Shown in pieces: positions 8,938-18,564 of a stretch of 64,000 bases of DNA. Origin of the DNA: Candidatus Woesearchaeota archaeon (GTDB lineage: Archaea; Nanobdellota; Nanobdellia; Pacearchaeales; GW2011-AR1). Location: contig CAZRMJ010000003.1 in NCBI GenBank assembly GCA_964601175.1, positions 27 through 64,026 of the forward strand. The letters are read 5' to 3'. The notes below the pieces were generated by a model. It searched no databases. It was not told the origin of the DNA and saw only the letters and a program-made list of their open reading frames with translations. The translations under genes were made by a program, and so were the position numbers. The stretch's first letter is position 1. Each line of letters begins with the position of its first letter.

Positions 8938-9873
8938 ATGAGAGTAAAATACACATTTTCATCTAGAAAAACAAGAAAGATAGACACCCATAACAAACAT
9001 AGACAAGAGTATCCTTCACTAGCTAAAGAAGTAATAATATCTTCAGACATAGTTTTAGAGGTATTAGACTCAAGATTCATAAAAGAAACAAGAAATTATG
9101 AAATGGAAAATTTTGCTAGGGAGCATGGAAGAATAGTAATCTATATATTAAATAAAGCAGATTTGGTAAATCATAAAGAATTAGAGGAATCCGGAGCAGT
9201 ATCAGATCTGGATCCATACATATTTATTTCTTGCAAAAAAAATCAAGGAAGAAGAGATTTAAGAGCATTAATAAAAATAGAATCTAAAAATATAAAAAAA
9301 GCTAAAAGCAAAAATACCGAAGACGAAAATAGTCATTTAGAGATCCATAAACACGGAATAGGCTTAAAAAAATTCTTTAAAACAGGAAACGAAATACATG
9401 TAGGAATAATAGGCTACCCAAATGTAGGAAAAAGTTCTCTAATAAACATGCTTAGTGGAAAAGGCGCTGCAAAAACAAGCCCAAAGGCAGGATTTACAAG
9501 AGGAATACAAAAAGTAAGACTCGCTAAGGATATAATCTTGCTAGATACTCCAGGAGTAATGTCTGATGAAGACGCAGCAGCGAGCCAAGCTTCAAATCTC
9601 AAAAAGCATGCAATGATAGGGGTAAGAACATATGACTCAACAAAGAATCCAGAATTCATAATAGCAGAATTAATGAATGAATTTCCAAATACTTTCGAAG
9701 GACATTACAAAATAGAAGCCAACGGAGATTCAGAAATACTTCTAGAAGATCTAGGAAGAAAAAGAAATCTATTATTGAAAGGTGGCGTAGTTGATACAGA
9801 TAGAACAGCAAGATTAATACTAAAAGACTGGCAATCAGGTAAAATAAAACCACATAAAAATTTAAATAAATAA
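8938..9873 (+). CDS. Circularly permuted GTPase (YlqF/RbgA-related ribosome-biogenesis GTPase family)
   Basis: G4 NKADL precedes G1 GYPNVGKSSLIN and G3 LLDTPG, which is the permuted motif order. Confidence 0.8.
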   Translation: MRVKYTFSSRKTRKIDTHNKHRQEYPSLAKEVIISSDIVLEVLDSRFIKETRNYEMENFAREHGRIVIYILNKADLVNHKELEESGAVSDLDPYIFISCKKNQGRRDLRALIKIESKNIKKAKSKNTEDENSHLEIHKHGIGLKKFFKTGNEIHVGIIGYPNVGKSSLINMLSGKGAAKTSPKAGFTRGIQKVRLAKDIILLDTPGVMSDEDAAASQASNLKKHAMIGVRTYDSTKNPEFIIAELMNEFPNTFEGHYKIEANGDSEILLEDLGRKRNLLLKGGVVDTDRTARLILKDWQSGKIKPHKNLNK

Positions 9874-9889
9874 AAGAACAATATATTTT

Positions 9890-10171
9890 ATGGATCCAAT
9901 TCTGGCAGCAGCACTTTTAGGGGCAATTGGAGGACTCACAAGAGGAGTAGTTGGATTACTAAAAGCTCTTTCATTGAGAAGAAGAATAATTTGGACATAT
10001 TATTTAATAACCGTGGTAATCGCGATAATAATAGGAATTTTTGTAGGAATAGTATTCAACTTTGATCCAAGATTATCTCTACTTTCGGGATATGCTGGAA
10101 CAGACATATTAGAAGGAATTTACAAGTCATTTGCGGTGCAAAAAGTGTACACTTCCGCAAAAAAGAAGTAA
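9890..10171 (+). CDS. Small membrane protein (unknown)
   Basis: 93 aa with two or three hydrophobic segments and a Gly-rich N-terminus. Confidence 0.5.
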   Translation: MDPILAAALLGAIGGLTRGVVGLLKALSLRRRIIWTYYLITVVIAIIIGIFVGIVFNFDPRLSLLSGYAGTDILEGIYKSFAVQKVYTSAKKK

Positions 10172-10287
10172 AGTGTATTTTAGTTGTAAAAATAGGAGGC
10201 GTTAGAAGAGATTAATATTATATTAAAAACTCTGAGTGAGCTAGTGAAATTTAATAAAATATATAAATCATAGAAACTATTATTTTT

Positions 10288-11805
10288 ATGCAAAAGAAGT
10301 TTTTATTAGTATTCTACTTATTTTCTTTCTTCGTTTTCATATCTATGGTTTCTGCACAGAATATTCAAAGAGATTTTACAGATATTGGATCTAACTTTGA
10401 GACATCATGTAATGAAATTATTTGTACCACTAAAATATATTCTTATGACAAATATTTTGATAGAAGGGGTACTTGGGAACTGATTGATGAAAGTTGGCAC
10501 AATTGTGAAGAAGGATTTTGTACTAATGATTACTATTTCAATGCTACAGTAGATAACCAAGGCTTAGTTAAGGTAAAATTTAGAAATGGTAGATTTAATC
10601 AAAGGATTTCTAACTTTGGAGCTGTAAATGTAAGTTTATCCACTCCACAAGTTAGCGGTAACCTTCTAACTTACCAGAATATTTCACCAAACGTTGATCT
10701 TGTCTATCAATATTTACCGCATAAATTGAAGGAAGAAATGATTATTAAAAGGCCAATACAAGGTTTACAAGGGCAAGATCTTGAAGTGAATTTCCCTATT
10801 TCTGGAGATCTTAACCCTAGTATAGATGATCCATTCATTTGCGACAGTGCTAGAAAATGTTCTAATCTTAGCTATAGTATTTCTTCAGAGCAAATTTCTT
10901 TATTAATTCCAGTGGACATTCTAAACTCAAGAAATATGGTTTATCCATTAGTAATAGATCCAAGCATTAATCTAGGAACACCTTCAATAGTGTGGAATGG
11001 GATGGTTCAATATTATTTTGATGGAGATCTGTTAGGTTATCCTAGAACCTCTAATCCTACAAGTTTAAAGATTGGGGTAGCACCATTTGGGAACTACAGA
11101 TCAGATATTGATTGGGACTTAGAATCTATTCCTAATGGCGGGACAATTATTAATGCAACTCTTTCGGCTTTTTTTGAAACAATAACAACAAATAAGATTA
11201 ACCTTACACATATGGAAAAAAATAGTAGCCAATATACAAATGATCTGAGTGGAAATAGCAAATTTTATAGTGATATGTTAAATGGTACTGTTTACTCAAA
11301 TTACTCCGCTCAATCTAATACAACAAACATATTTGTTAATTTTACGTTTAATCAACAAGGAATTAATGATCTTAATTCTGCTTTTAGTGGTAGTAAGAGA
11401 TTTAGTTTTGGAATTCATTCAGATAATAGTAATGATACAATCTCTGCGAGAGACAATTCTAATTCAAGTAGAAGGCCTTATATGTTGATTACTTACGACA
11501 TATCTAATTCTTCGGCAAATGAAGCTATAGAAGAGGGAATAATGAATGTCATTCCAGGAATCCCAATTTCAAGTAACCAGCAGATATATTTAGTAAACCA
11601 AAATGGTGAACATTATTTGGGAAGGTTTGACAAATCGACAGATAAAGATAATCAAACTTGGGCTTTCAATTATTTCAGTGGAAGTGAATCTATGATTAAT
11701 ATGTCCTCTTTATTTAATATTCTAAATATTTGGCAGAATTCATCAGTTAATTATACTGAAATAGTCAATCAAGTGAGGGCATTTATAAATAATACAATAA
11801 TATGA
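10288..11805 (+). CDS. Secreted N-X-S/T-rich protein, possibly with a DNRLRE-like domain
   Basis: Signal peptide FLLVFYLFSFFVFISMVSAQ. The segment YRSDIDWDLESIPNGGTIINATLSAFF...SSRRPYMLITY resembles the DNRLRE-type pattern (weak, by eye). The stop overlaps the next start as ATGA at 11802-11805. Confidence 0.6.
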   Translation: MQKKFLLVFYLFSFFVFISMVSAQNIQRDFTDIGSNFETSCNEIICTTKIYSYDKYFDRRGTWELIDESWHNCEEGFCTNDYYFNATVDNQGLVKVKFRNGRFNQRISNFGAVNVSLSTPQVSGNLLTYQNISPNVDLVYQYLPHKLKEEMIIKRPIQGLQGQDLEVNFPISGDLNPSIDDPFICDSARKCSNLSYSISSEQISLLIPVDILNSRNMVYPLVIDPSINLGTPSIVWNGMVQYYFDGDLLGYPRTSNPTSLKIGVAPFGNYRSDIDWDLESIPNGGTIINATLSAFFETITTNKINLTHMEKNSSQYTNDLSGNSKFYSDMLNGTVYSNYSAQSNTTNIFVNFTFNQQGINDLNSAFSGSKRFSFGIHSDNSNDTISARDNSNSSRRPYMLITYDISNSSANEAIEEGIMNVIPGIPISSNQQIYLVNQNGEHYLGRFDKSTDKDNQTWAFNYFSGSESMINMSSLFNILNIWQNSSVNYTEIVNQVRAFINNTII

Positions 11806-14800
11806 GAAAAACATTTATTTTAATCGGGACTATTCTGTGTTTTATATTTTTAGTTCATTTTGTAAGTGCTGTAGAATGTGGGAGTATTCCTACAAATGGT
11901 TGCACTATAACTCAAAATACTAATTTTACCAACGGAACCTATAATCTTCCCTCGGGAGTACGTATTATTACCAGTGGAATAACTCTTGATTGTCAAAATT
12001 CAACATTAATTGGAGATGGCGGGGTTTTTAGTTATGGAATTTTATTACAAGGAAGTTATAATTCAAACACCATTAAAAATTGCAATTTTGAAGGATATAG
12101 GGCAGGAATTTACTTTAGAAGATTTAACTCTGGTGAAGTACCCAATAATAACCTCATGGTAAATAACTCATTTAAGAATAATACTGATGGAATTCATTTT
12201 ACCACTAGCCCTCAATATAATATAGTAAAAGAAAACTATTTTGAGAATAACGGCCAAGGAGTTTATCTAGATGAAGATTTAAATGAGTATCCAAACAATA
12301 ACAATATTACTGAAAATTATTTTATCAATAGTTCAGGAAGCGATATAAACTTAAGAGATGATTCTAATGCAAATCGCGTATGGACAAATAATATATGGAA
12401 TAATACTATAACTCACAGCATAACTTATACACACACTAGCGAGAATAATTATGTAATAGACGGCGTTGAAAATGTATATCTCAATAATGCAACAGGCCCG
12501 ACATCAGAAGGGATTTATTTATACCAAGGCCTAATAATTAATAGCAATAGAAATTACAGACCTGGAAATTATACATTTACGGGAGTGTTAAATGCTCTAT
12601 CTATACAAGCCGGAGTTACTTTTGACTGCAATAATTCAATTAGTCTAACTGGAGATTTCAATAGTTTTGGAATGGGAATTAGACTTAATTTATATAATAG
12701 TGCTAGCAATGGAGTAGTAAAGAACTGCATTATTAGAAATTTTGGTGATGGAATTCAAATAAGGGAAGATGCTTTCGCTGGAGGCGCAAACAATATAACT
12801 CTAATAAATAATACTTTTGAAAATAATGCTGAGGCAATATATATTGAAGGAGACGGTTCTAGTTTTAATATCCTTAAAAATAAGTTTACTAATGGCACTG
12901 GAGTCAAATTAGACAACAATAGAGGAAATCCCATCCTACACAATATTACTTTAAATTTATTTAATCTAAGCAGTGTTTCGATTGAGTCTGGATCAAATCA
13001 AAATAATGTTTTTAATAATAATTTTATAAACTCTACTGGAAATGATGATGGATCATTAAATAATTGGAATCTAACTAATTACGGAGGAAATTATTGGAGT
13101 TTATATGATTCTATTTCAGAAGGATGTGTTAATTTAAATAATGATTTGTTCTGCGATGATCCGTATAACTTAACTGGTCCAGGCAATAACAAAGATTACA
13201 AACCTTATATTGTTGAAGATGGTTGGCTGGCAGGCCTTCAAGCTAGTGAACCTATACCTGTCCAAGTTGTAGCCGATGTTGATATGGTTAAAGGAAAGAA
13301 TACATTTATCAGAATCCTGATAACTTTCAAAGGAATGCTATCAAACGATACAATTATTCCAAACGTGACTGTTTATTGGAATGGAAACTTTATAGGCCAG
13401 AACATAACATCTAATTTTGAATATAATGAAAGTAAAAACATAGATTTTTGGTACGCCCCTCAGAATTCTGGGGCAAATATGACTATAGTAGTGATGGTTA
13501 ATGGAACTAGCTCTAACGGAATAAATTATTTTGATTCAAATAGTAAAACAGTTAATGTTTTAGATGAGAAAAAATTGGACATTCTTTACGTACCAATAAA
13601 TAGCCCCCTTACTTTCGATGAAGAAGTTAATAAAAATAAAGAAATCATTCAGACATTGTACCCAGTAGCAGATAATATGCTTGGAACTTATTATTCGGAG
13701 AATATTGAGTTAAATGTTAGCTCTAGTTCTGGAATTGCAGGTTTAATCTTAAGATTAGCTGTAATGAAAACCCTTTCTGGTTTAGATAGAAGTGTTGGAG
13801 TTGTTGAAAATGGTTGGTTCGCAACTTTAGGACAAAGTGGAGCTAAAGGCATCTCAATGTTTGTCGGAGGATTTGGAGGACCAGGAGGAGTAATTATAGA
13901 AGAAAGCGAGTATAGTTATATTGCAGCCCATGAAATTGGGCATACTTATGGACTTTGCGATGAATACGATAATGAAACCTGGAATGAACAAAATACGAGA
14001 CTTAGTTCATCAAGTAAATTATGTCCCAATGGGGATGAAGATAACGATGAGCTTTTAGATGAAAGTTGTTTACCTTACGGTTGTCAAGTAACTACTTTTG
14101 GAGAAATTGTCCCATGGAACGAATCAAATGGAGAGATAACTTTAATGAATCTTATGGGTAGCACAGACTCTGGAAGTGTTTGGATATCAAAAGATTCATA
14201 TAATGAGTTATTGAATGATTTTGAGAATATAAACCAATTTTCCAGTTCTGGAATATTGGTAAGTGGTTTCTTCAATAGAACAAGCAATCAGACTGAATTT
14301 GCTAACTTTTATATTATGGATCAGGGGTTATTTATAAAGGATATAAATTCTGGCCAAGGTAATTTCTCTATTGGGCTATCTAATGGATCAGGTTATTTAA
14401 TATCAAACTTCAGTTTTGATATACCCTTTTCAATAAATTATGTTAATGGCAGTTCAGAGGAGACTGATATTGGAGTGTTTTTAGTAGCTCTTAATTATTC
14501 TAATGAGATAAGCAAGGTTTCATTATCTTACTACAACACAACCCAATCAGAAAAAAGCCGTACACTAAATAATCCTGAAATTTTTGGCCTTCCAAACTTA
14601 TCCGGATTTAAAATTTCTAATTCGTTGATAAATCTATCTTGGAATGCTACTGATTCAGATAATGATACTTTAGTATATTCTCTATTGTTCAGTAAAGATA
14701 ATGGGCAAAGCTATACAGTTTTAAGCTTAGATTATCCAGATCAATTTATTTTATTAAATTCATCAAATTTGCCAGATTGCGATTTTTGCAAATTAAAGGT

Positions 14801-15149
14801 ACTAGTTACAGACGGGTTCAATACAAATTATACGGTCTCTGAACCTTTCACAATAGATAATGATTTGTCAATAGATGATTTAAGAGTGATTTATCAAAAT
14901 AATACTCAAAGGATTTTTAGATTTGGTATAAATAACACCTTTGTAAATAAAGTGATAGATACCATTTATTGGAGTTTAGACTTTGGAGAGTTAATAATTA
15001 ACTCTTCGATTAATATCACATTAGAGGGTTCTGAAGAAAGTTTTATATATGTTTATTACAATTATAATGTATCTGGTGGTTATAATATCAAAGCAAATGC
15101 TTATAACGGCATTTATTTAGATACAAGTAACATCACAGTAAACATATGA
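11802..15149 (+). CDS. Secreted right-handed beta-helix (PbH1/NosD-like) protein with an HExxH zincin domain and C-terminal Ig/FN3-like domains
   Basis: Signal peptide, then repeated N-N-x-F-x-N-N-x-x-G-I units (NCNFEGYRAGIYF, NNSFKNNTDGIHF, ENYFENNGQGVYL, NNTFENNAEAIYI). Zincin motif AAHEIGHTYGLCDEYD, with HEIGH at 13929-13943. C-terminal beta-rich domains. Confidence 0.75.
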   Translation: MRKTFILIGTILCFIFLVHFVSAVECGSIPTNGCTITQNTNFTNGTYNLPSGVRIITSGITLDCQNSTLIGDGGVFSYGILLQGSYNSNTIKNCNFEGYRAGIYFRRFNSGEVPNNNLMVNNSFKNNTDGIHFTTSPQYNIVKENYFENNGQGVYLDEDLNEYPNNNNITENYFINSSGSDINLRDDSNANRVWTNNIWNNTITHSITYTHTSENNYVIDGVENVYLNNATGPTSEGIYLYQGLIINSNRNYRPGNYTFTGVLNALSIQAGVTFDCNNSISLTGDFNSFGMGIRLNLYNSASNGVVKNCIIRNFGDGIQIREDAFAGGANNITLINNTFENNAEAIYIEGDGSSFNILKNKFTNGTGVKLDNNRGNPILHNITLNLFNLSSVSIESGSNQNNVFNNNFINSTGNDDGSLNNWNLTNYGGNYWSLYDSISEGCVNLNNDLFCDDPYNLTGPGNNKDYKPYIVEDGWLAGLQASEPIPVQVVADVDMVKGKNTFIRILITFKGMLSNDTIIPNVTVYWNGNFIGQNITSNFEYNESKNIDFWYAPQNSGANMTIVVMVNGTSSNGINYFDSNSKTVNVLDEKKLDILYVPINSPLTFDEEVNKNKEIIQTLYPVADNMLGTYYSENIELNVSSSSGIAGLILRLAVMKTLSGLDRSVGVVENGWFATLGQSGAKGISMFVGGFGGPGGVIIEESEYSYIAAHEIGHTYGLCDEYDNETWNEQNTRLSSSSKLCPNGDEDNDELLDESCLPYGCQVTTFGEIVPWNESNGEITLMNLMGSTDSGSVWISKDSYNELLNDFENINQFSSSGILVSGFFNRTSNQTEFANFYIMDQGLFIKDINSGQGNFSIGLSNGSGYLISNFSFDIPFSINYVNGSSEETDIGVFLVALNYSNEISKVSLSYYNTTQSEKSRTLNNPEIFGLPNLSGFKISNSLINLSWNATDSDNDTLVYSLLFSKDNGQSYTVLSLDYPDQFILLNSSNLPDCDFCKLKVLVTDGFNTNYTVSEPFTIDNDLSIDDLRVIYQNNTQRIFRFGINNTFVNKVIDTIYWSLDFGELIINSSINITLEGSEESFIYVYYNYNVSGGYNIKANAYNGIYLDTSNITVNI

Positions 15150-15421
15150 TAAACATTAAAGATTTTATTAAACCTAATAAGGGCAAAATAGTTTTCGCAG
15201 CTTTATTGATTTTTATATATCTTTTTCTATCTCTTTTTTGTACTCCTCTAACATATGATAATTTTTCTCAGGGCTCTGCAAATACAGTTTATTCTTGTGG
15301 AAAACTGATTGGAAATGTAGTTTCGCTTCCTTTAGTTAGTTGGATATTCTTTCCAGTTTATATTGTCTTAATTTACCTGATTAGTTGCTTATTGGACTAT
15401 CTTTTTAGGAAGAGGAAATAA
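15146..15421 (+). CDS. Small membrane protein coupled to the beta-helix/zincin gene
   Basis: ATGA overlap at 15146-15149. Two TM segments. 91 aa. Confidence 0.55.
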   Translation: MINIKDFIKPNKGKIVFAALLIFIYLFLSLFCTPLTYDNFSQGSANTVYSCGKLIGNVVSLPLVSWIFFPVYIVLIYLISCLLDYLFRKRK

Positions 15422-15848
15422 TCTAATTAATATTTATCATTCTAAACATTATAATATAGGCCTCATGCAACAAAGATTGTTTATTACTGATATAAAAGAT
15501 ATAAATGAGCTTATTTATTTGATTTATAAATAAATTTATGGAAAATCAAAAAGATCCATGGGTTTATGGAGGGGAATTATGAAATTCAAACATAAAATTA
15601 TTAGATACCATACGGAAGAAATGAAGAGTTTATTAAAGTTAAGAGAAGATATAAATTGAAAGAATGGTTTAGAGGATCAAAAACATAATTAACCAAATTA
15701 CTCTTTTTTATTATCTTAATAATACTCAAAAAACCTCCTCAAACAGAACAATATCAATTTATTTAATTTAGGTATAAGACCATGAGACTATAAAAAATGC
15801 AAATCCCAATTAATAAATGCTTATTAAGGGGTTAAACAAGTTATTTTT

Positions 15849-16607
15849 ATGAGCTACATAATGTACATAGATGAGAGTTATAACTCTAAAGCAGACCATA
15901 TTGTAATGAGTGGTTTAACTATACCATTAAATAAATGGAATGAAACTAATAAAAAAATAGAGGACTTAAAAAGAAAATATTTTAAGAATCAAAGTATGAA
16001 TTTGAAGGCAATAAGAAGAAAAGGTTATGATCAAGATAGTTATTGGAATTCATTAAGCAAACAAAAGCAAGATGAATTCAACCAAGAACTTTATGATATA
16101 ATTTGCGATAAAGAACATATAATAATTGCTGGATTGATAGTTAATAGTAAAATGAAAGATAGAAATAAAGAACTATTGTTCACTTTATGTTATAGTTTCA
16201 TATTAGAAAGATTTGAATACTTTTTAGATAGTAAAGACTCAGAGGGGCTTATAGTCATAGATAAAGCAGAGAGCTCCAAAGAAGTAATGAATTTACAAAG
16301 GAAGCACAGCGAATATTTAAAAAATGGTATTCCTGTGAAAAGAGAGGATACTAGAATTAATATTAAAGGAAAAGATAAAATTTTCAATAGATATATGAGA
16401 AGAGAAATAAAAAGAGTTTGTGAAAGCATTTTATCTTTAGATGATAAATCTAACAATTTCTTACAATTAGCAGACATTATTTCCTATGCAATTGCTTGCA
16501 GATATAATAGTAAAAAAGAATCTTGGTATTTTAATAAGATAAAGGGAAATATAAGGTGTAGCTCAAAAGGAGAAATAATGGGTTATGGATTGAAATTTTT
16601 TCCATAA
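15849..16607 (+). CDS. DUF3800 family protein
   Basis: N-terminal MYIDESYN (the family's YIDESG-like motif) and C-terminal FLQLADIISYAI (its QxAD motif). 252 aa. Confidence 0.7.
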   Translation: MSYIMYIDESYNSKADHIVMSGLTIPLNKWNETNKKIEDLKRKYFKNQSMNLKAIRRKGYDQDSYWNSLSKQKQDEFNQELYDIICDKEHIIIAGLIVNSKMKDRNKELLFTLCYSFILERFEYFLDSKDSEGLIVIDKAESSKEVMNLQRKHSEYLKNGIPVKREDTRINIKGKDKIFNRYMRREIKRVCESILSLDDKSNNFLQLADIISYAIACRYNSKKESWYFNKIKGNIRCSSKGEIMGYGLKFFP

Positions 16608-16617
16608 ATATGTAAAT

Positions 16618-17493
16618 TTAAAACTTGAGAACATCAAATCTATCCTTGATATCCTTAACCATTTGTTTTAATTCTCTCATCACGGTCAATTCTTCCTTAA
16701 AATTTAAGGAAAGAACAGAACCATCATGCCCTACAAGAGTATTATCTGAAAATCTATCTTCTTCAACACCTACATATTTATCAAACCCCCGGGCCTCCAC
16801 AAAAAAGATGCAAAAGTAAGCTAGTTTTAATGCATACTCGGCTGACGGAAAATTTTCTATACCTCTTTTAAGAAATTTATTTAATATTAAGTTGGCTAGA
16901 GATTCCCCACTACCTATACATTGAAAGTCCCTTTCTTTTTCTTCTCCATAAAAATCGATATAATGCAATATAGCCCTATCATTATGAGGCATTGCCAATA
17001 ACAAATTTAAGGAATTATAAACTGCTTCATCTTCAGCTGTACAAAGATCTCTTATAATTCTTCTACAATCCCCCAAAAAACTTTCATAAGTATATTGATG
17101 AATCATTGGAAGTTCATGACCTATTACATGCTCTGTCCGGCTAGTCTTATCAAGCTTAATATCTAAAGATTCATTTTTTTCTTCAATTTCAACTTCTTTT
17201 GGTTCTATTTTTTCAGGCATAATCTGAGGTTTGTAGGGGATATTTTTTTCCAAACATAGTTGATAATTTAAGAAGTCTAAATGGCGAATAGTTTGTTGAA
17301 CTGCAAGAGGTAATTGCCTCTTAAATCTATAAAATAAATGATCATATCCAGAAGTTGCAAAAGCCAAATTTATTTGGCCTATTTGAGACTCTATCTTCCT
17401 AACATAAGCCTCATTTTGATGTTCGTCGATAACCTTTCTATCTGCTACTATCAATACTCCTTCCTTGCAAGTTATTCCTATAACTAAAGTCAC
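16618..17493 (-). CDS. Proteasome beta-subunit homologue (Ntn hydrolase) without propeptide and with a large internal insertion
   Basis: GTG start followed directly by Thr (M-TLVIGITCKEGVLIVADRKV...VRKIESQI). Thr1, Asp17 and Lys32/33 equivalents are present, as is CIGSGESLAN (the GSG motif). A ~70-80 aa charged insert lies between them. Confidence 0.7.
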   Translation of the reverse strand: MTLVIGITCKEGVLIVADRKVIDEHQNEAYVRKIESQIGQINLAFATSGYDHLFYRFKRQLPLAVQQTIRHLDFLNYQLCLEKNIPYKPQIMPEKIEPKEVEIEEKNESLDIKLDKTSRTEHVIGHELPMIHQYTYESFLGDCRRIIRDLCTAEDEAVYNSLNLLLAMPHNDRAILHYIDFYGEEKERDFQCIGSGESLANLILNKFLKRGIENFPSAEYALKLAYFCIFFVEARGFDKYVGVEEDRFSDNTLVGHDGSVLSLNFKEELTVMRELKQMVKDIKDRFDVLKF

Positions 17494-17691
17494 ATATTTT
17501 CATATAAAATGGGATAAATAAAGATTGTTGCACTTTAGTTTTATAAGAATTTCAATTAACTAAATGAATTATCTTTTTATTACAAGCTTAAATGATATGA
17601 CATCTGAACATAGGCTAGAAATAAAGGCTTATTTATTCGATCAGATCCATAAAACAAAATAAATTTAAACTAATTAACTTAATAGATATAA

Positions 17692-18039
17692 ATGGCAAAT
17701 CCAGACTTAGTAAGATTTATTCTAGAAGCCAAGAGAAGAGGGTTTAGCGACAAAAAAATTCAAGAATCACTTCTAAGCAACAACTGGCCAAAAAATGAAA
17801 TAAATCGAGGCTTTGAAGCAGTAAAAGGAGAAGTCCATTCAAAGGGAAGCATAACTATCTGGTTAGATAAAGAAGTAATGAAATTATTAGAGAAAAGAGC
17901 AAGAAAAAATATGTTAACAATTCCAGAACAAGTAGAAGACATAATAAGAAGAAGCATCGCAAATCAAAAGACTACAACTAAAAAAGAAAAACTAGATGAT
18001 ATGCTAGTTGGATTATTTTCAAGAAAAACCAGAAAATAA
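17692..18039 (+). CDS. Small protein with C-terminal ribbon-helix-helix (CopG-like) motif
   Basis: ITIWLDKEVMKLLEKRARKNMLTIPEQVEDIIRRSI fits a beta-strand/helix/helix RHH pattern. The N-terminal ~45 aa are helical. Confidence 0.6.
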   Translation: MANPDLVRFILEAKRRGFSDKKIQESLLSNNWPKNEINRGFEAVKGEVHSKGSITIWLDKEVMKLLEKRARKNMLTIPEQVEDIIRRSIANQKTTTKKEKLDDMLVGLFSRKTRK

Positions 18040-18094
18040 TCAGCTCTCCTTAAAATAAAAAAAATAAAAAAACATCAATGAGAGCCACTAAAAA

Positions 18095-18202
18095 TCAATA
18101 AAGACTTTCGAGATCTTCGCAGAGATCATCTATAGTCACAGAGGCATCGGAGTCTTCTTCAGCCTCATTCATTATCTCAGGTTCTTTTGAAGCCATCACC
18201 AT
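18095..18202 (-). CDS. Possible 35-aa acidic micro-ORF (MVMASKEPEIMNEAEEDSDASVTIDDLCEDLESLY)
   Basis: Uninterrupted ATG-to-TGA ORF in a patch that is locally more GC-rich than the rest of the spacer. There is no homology argument. Confidence 0.2.
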   Translation of the reverse strand: MVMASKEPEIMNEAEEDSDASVTIDDLCEDLESLY

Positions 18203-18430
18203 TTTAACTAATCCTCTTTTTACTAATACATATTTAAATCTTTTTGAAAAAATTAATAAAAAAATTAAAACGAAAAGATTTATTAATAAAAACTACAAAA
18301 AAATTAACAGCCCAAAAATTACAAAATCATAAAAAAATTTAAATTGAATTAAATTTTACAATTTTTTAAATTTTTAGAACACAATTAACAAATTGAAGAT
18401 AAATAACTTAAAAAAATATTGAAAGTATCA

Positions 18431-18540
18431 CAAAACCCTGATGGGTTTTATACTCCACCCTAAAGGGTGGAGTTTGCTAGTGGGTTTTGGGATTACCGTT
18501 GAATATCTCCAAAGCAACTACTCCAATCTAAAGATTGGAG
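18431..18540. other. Cluster of three stable hairpins downstream of aEF-2 (candidate ncRNA or 3'-UTR structure)
   Basis: CAAAACCC-tgat-GGGTTTT (18431-18449), CTCCACCC-taaa-GGGTGGAG (18453-18472) and CTCCAATC-taaa-GATTGGAG (18521-18540). The two CTCC hairpins differ by compensatory changes. A T7 run on the minus strand follows at about 18410-18416. Confidence 0.4.
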
Positions 18541-18564
18541 ATTTCAACTAGTATTAACTAAAAT

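Noticed and set aside
18203-18420. The A-tract-rich ~220-nt stretch as a replication origin.
   Set aside because: There are no ORB-like repeats with G-strings and no adjacent orc1/cdc6. AT-richness alone is not informative in this genome.
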